64,000 nt of DNA, from positions 124,001 through 188,000 of the forward strand of contig JAQGDQ010000314.1 of the NCBI GenBank assembly GCA_030141605.1, in the 5' to 3' direction. The position numbers and the translations under genes are program-made. Positions 59,896 to 64,000 of this stretch are shown here, in pieces (positions within the stretch are counted from its first letter, which is position 1; every line of letters starts with the position of its first letter). Below the pieces are notes generated by a model. The model searched no databases. It was not told the origin of the DNA and saw only the letters and a list, made by a program, of their open reading frames with translations. This DNA is from Tubiluchus corallicola (lineage: Eukaryota; Animalia; Priapulida).

Positions 59896-62105
59896 TTATT
59901 GGATTTTCGTCAAGTAATAGTAAATAAAACAAATACATCTTAAACCAATTAGCTGCGCACAGATTAGATTTGTTCTGCTTTGATGCATTGCAGCTTTGCT
60001 CAGCACAAATTCAGGACAGTCAGCAAAGTCACTTCGCTTAATTTCGTTTCTATCATATTTTCTATCTGGTTCTTTACAGTCGACATAAGATAGCCTCCAT
60101 CTTAGCAGTTTAATCCAAGACATGTTACAATCACAGGTTAAAGGATTATCTGGAAAATATAGGAAAGGTAAAGTAAGACGGTTTCATGGGCAAAGTACTA
60201 GACAGAGTGTAAAGCAAGAACGGTAAAACATCTATAAGAATCGTTCCATTTTTCAGAAATTTTAATAGTTCCTCATCAACAGTACAGCATTGCGGGGAAA
60301 GTAGCAGAACAAAAAACTTTTTGTTATGAACGTACCCATTCACGACATTGATTTGAACTAATTTCGTTTATGGAACTTTACACTTTTATCTCGTTTTAGG
60401 ATGAACTTTAAATGGCAAGACCCAGAAACTGGGTCTCAACATGCCACTCATCATTTTCTCTCTTCTTTTTTCTCTGTTTTTATTTGTTCTTTCTTCTCAA
60501 AACAGTTTAGTGTTTTGTTATTTTGAAACAAATTTTTGCCTTATAACTACGTGTAGCATGATAGTAACTAAATGACGCCCGTGCATGATATGCGCATTTT
60601 CGTTTTCTTTTCATACCATCTACTGTTATGCTTACTGATAATATGAATTTGCATTTATATAGAAAGTTCGGTATTCAGTTAACCCTTTCATACCCGTTGT
60701 ATCCTGTGGGATACGAGAATATTTTCTGCCTTTAAAATTAATAAAATTTTAAAACTGACAGTTACTTGATCTGTTAATAGTTATTTTGATTTAAGCCAAT
60801 AACAATGGACTAAAAATGGTGATAAAATGGCAAACTAGAAAATCTACGTAGCATAAAAAACTGCGCAAGGTACAGTACTTTAGAGATGACTTTGTACAGA
60901 TCAGCATAGCATGCATACTAAATGCCTTAAATACTTTAAAAAATTATCAGCAGTTGCAAAATGAAGCACATTTTTTGCTTTTGTTGTGTTTTTAAAAAAG
61001 TCGGACTTTGTTTTTTTGCACATGACAAAGAATGTTGTGCATCCCACAGGATAAATAGACAACAAACGGTTGTAATTCACTTTCATAATAATAGACACAG
61101 GAATGCACTGGATGTGCAAAAACTTTTCTTGTTACACTCAATAATGCAATGATTTGCAAAAACCTCTTTGCAAGTCCAGTACTTAGCTTTTTGTTTAGTA
61201 AAGTATAATTTGGGACTGAAAGGGTTAATATTTATTGTGCATTTTCGTGCATCAACGGCTTAAACGTAAAAATGCATGCTCAGAAAGACAAGAGACTGTT
61301 TTAAATGGTAACATACAACATTTGAGTCGATACAGGTACTCGTGAGATTTGAATTCGGATGAACAAAACTACAATCTGTTGTCCTAACGATTCCACACTG
61401 TGCAGGAAATTTTAAAACTACACATCGCGATATGAAACTCCTTTACATACGTCTTAGTTCCAGAAAATCCATTTGGGCATTTTTATCGACCAGTTTTGGC
61501 AGAGGAATCTTTTCTATAGACGTACTCAGAATATGAATACTTTTCATATTTGGAGCATTTGAGAAGTCGAAATCGCCTGATATCAAATTAGGACAGTACT
61601 GTATCCTCAAACCGGTCATTTTCTCCAACGATTTGAATGCTCTGGAGTCAATGGTTTTTAGATCAGACAGTTCATATAGAATGACCTGAGCTGTAACTTC
61701 AGCCCTAATGGTCTTTTCGTTGATGCGCTGGAGCACGTGGAGGTCCTTGATCATCAAATCTTGCGTGATGACTCCAGCAAGGAAATCATCGGGCAGCTCC
61801 TTTTCTTCGTAACTTCCAAGAAGCACAAGACTTCTGAATCCGCCTAATGGTCGAAACGTGGGCATCAATTTCAAAGTCTTTTTATTCATCCACTCCACGT
61901 CCGTCCTGTTATAAATCCCTAAGCATTCATAATAGCAATTTTCATTTGGCTTATCTGGATTACATTTCAACGTAAACTGTGGACATTTACAACTATATTC
62001 GCACGTTCGAGGTCTCAGATAAACAATATCAGGCGTTACACATAGTGCCATTTTTATTTTTATTAGTAGGAGAAAAATTCTCCCCACTATTGTCTGCCAT
62101 TTCAT
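59896..62105 (-). CDS. Extracellular leucine-rich-repeat protein, two exons, ~302 aa, probably GPI-anchored
   Basis: Exon 1 (62105-61451) has a signal-like MKWQTIVGRIFLLLIKIKMALC, a Cys-rich cap and LRRs such as LKTIDSRAFKSLEKMTGLRI, ending C|gtatgt. Exon 2 (60149-59896) starts ttccag|AT. Splicing creates DFLELRHNPLTCDCNMSWI (LRR-CT consensus), followed by SKAA and a hydrophobic C-terminal tail. Confidence 0.82.
60683..61224. mobile_element. piggyBac-like MITE in the LRR gene intron
   Basis: TTAA|CCCTTTCATACCC ... GGGACTGAAAGGG|TTAA: 13-bp TIRs (2 mismatches) and a TTAA target duplication. There is also an internal inverted pair, TATCCTGTGGGAT (~60700) and ATCCCACAGGATA (~61041). Confidence 0.8.
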
Positions 62106-63723
62106 GGTAGCAACTTGGTAACAAAGAAGCAACGTCAGGCGGCATTTGGTTTGGCGTCACCTGATTATTTCGTGACGTCAAAGCAGTAAAGGGGAAACAA
62201 CAGATGCTATATGTACATACAAGATCGTTCAGAAAGGAAAACGTTCCCCAAAGTAACTTGTAACCCTTCATCTTGTTAAATCACTTGTTAAATAGATCAA
62301 CATCATGATGTAGTCCAGTTTTTTCTCTTTCCAAAGGGTTAAAACTTCCCTCCAAGGCTCCGCCAAGCGCCGGTAAGAACCTCTTTTCTACACTGTGTTT
62401 CGGCAATGAGCAAAACGACCATTCGGAGGTCCGTCACTGCAGTTCCTAGTGGAAAGACGCTTGGTGGGGATCTTAGAGGAAAATTCACAATTCTTCGGAC
62501 AGAAATGAAGCCAGGCTACACGATAATGTGGGTCTCCTTTACAAATGCCTCTGCATAAAGGGCTATGAACTGGTTTGGCAGGAAGTTTTTCTGGACGACT
62601 CAGTAATTTTGTACGTAGTTATATAGATCTTTTCCTTTAAGCGATGCCTTTTCGAGGGTGTTATCATCTGTTTTTGTGTGACGAGTAAACGTGCTGTTAA
62701 TTTTTCAATTGTAGCAAAGTGCATTTACTATTCCACAAATACTTAACATGCTAATCTTTGAATTGCTATTTCCTAACCTGGCTCCATAATTATTACTAGC
62801 TTGACTGTGGGTTGTGAAAAACCATTAAATATTCTTTTGGCGCACATATTAACTTGCTTCCACAATAGGTTGTCACTTCTGTCTCTTTATTGTTTTGTTT
62901 TTTGCATTCTATAATACTCTGTGTAATGTATTGTATTAATGTACGAATATGTATGAATAAATAATATAATAATTACTAATGAGTATCATTTTGAGCATTA
63001 ATAGATGACATAACAATATTGAAATAAAGCACTTTTGAGTGTACAGTTAAATGTGTAGTAATAGTATATTTGTTTAGCTTCATAAATTTAATACAGTAGT
63101 TAAGATGTTAGTGCACATCATACATAAAATATGAGCAGAGGTGATGAAAGACCATACAGTCACCCATTCAGTTACGACTAGTCAAGCAATCATACTGCTA
63201 GGGAAATAGTAGCTGGATGACTTTGCTGCAGTCAATTTTTTATCTTTCTGAAACATTTATGCAAATTACTGCATAAAAGGTAATAATATAAATTGGTGCA
63301 GTGATTTTCAATAAGCTCTTCTGACATTGATAATACAGCTAGGAAAGTTGTATACAGCATTGTTACATCTGAAATAGAACACGTATTTTTGTTGTTGTAG
63401 GTCACTGTTATCCCTGTTAAGATGCTGTGGCACTTCTCTTAATCAGCTACACTGTTTTTAAAAACACTGCTGATCCATTCTATCAACTTTCAGGCTGATT
63501 TCATTGCTAGACTATTTGGATTAGTCACACTTTTGGCTATCACGAACAGATTTTACAAAAGTATCAGTGATCTTTTGATATCACAGCAGATATCACAGAC
63601 AATGCACATATCAGGCAAAAATTGTTTACAGATCAAGAAAAACATATTGATAATAAAAGCTGAAGTACAACCTGAGTTCGTTCTTTTGTTATTGAGCATC
63701 ATGGAATGTCATCACCTTCTTTA

Positions 63724-63999
63724 TTATTTTTTAATACTTTCTAGATCACTCCACGCCTTTTCCATGACATCTATGACAATTTTGATCCTGTCATTGTCCA
63801 CATTAACATCAGTCACACCCCAACGTCCTGTGAAAGTGGTCTCTGTACTCATCACATTGCACGTGCTGATGCCAACTAAACCCATAAGAGTCTTCGTTGT
63901 TGGAAGGTTGCCATCACGTAAATGTTCTCTTATGGCACTTGCACATTTATCCATTAAGTAGAGCACTGAGACCCCTTCTATGTACTTGTTCTTAAAACC
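63724..63999 (-). CDS. 3'-terminal part of an unidentified protein-coding gene running in from beyond the window
   Basis: The frame is open from the window edge: GFKNKYIEGVSVLYLMDKCASAIREHLRDGNLPTTKTLMGLVG...EKAWSDLESIKK*. Composition looks globular, but I cannot identify the family. Confidence 0.5.
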   Translation of the reverse strand, partial: GFKNKYIEGVSVLYLMDKCASAIREHLRDGNLPTTKTLMGLVGISTCNVMSTETTFTGRWGVTDVNVDNDRIKIVIDVMEKAWSDLESIKK

Positions 64000-64000
64000 C

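Noticed and set aside
61443-62132. Glycoprotein-hormone-receptor/LGR or Toll assignment for the LRR ORF
   Set aside because: The next exon closes with an LRR-CT and a stop; I found no 7TM or TIR exon downstream.
63533-63961. 142-aa + strand ORF
   Set aside because: TTG start and antisense to the more protein-like minus-strand frame.

Overview
This is AT-rich, intron-containing animal DNA, not prokaryotic. It is probably a marine invertebrate, possibly lophotrochozoan; that is inferred only from gene structure and repeat types. The left half (about 5-35 kb) holds one + strand FRMD4A/B-family gene. I rebuilt it by hand from 20 GT-AG coding exons (12577-34977, about 1179 aa: FERM domain, CUPID-type coiled coil, low-complexity tail, C-terminal -ATLV), plus a candidate upstream coding exon at 5095-5220. 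The right half holds a minus-strand cluster of secreted low-complexity proteins. These are a Gly/Tyr/Met/Lys repeat protein (39163-37029, broken by a 400-N gap), a Gly/Ser/Tyr repeat protein (43580-41529) and an Asn-Gly-rich protein (53385-51178). A + strand two-TM PY-motif orphan (49521-50150) lies between the last two. Further right are a two-exon, probably GPI-anchored LRR protein (62105-59896) and the 3' end of an unidentified gene at the window edge. Introns and spacers carry MITEs, LINE and SINE remnants, a 37-bp minisatellite and many microsatellites. The most interesting signal is the secreted repeat-protein cluster, a candidate structural, adhesive or biomineral-matrix locus. All family assignments come from recall and inspection; no database search was run.
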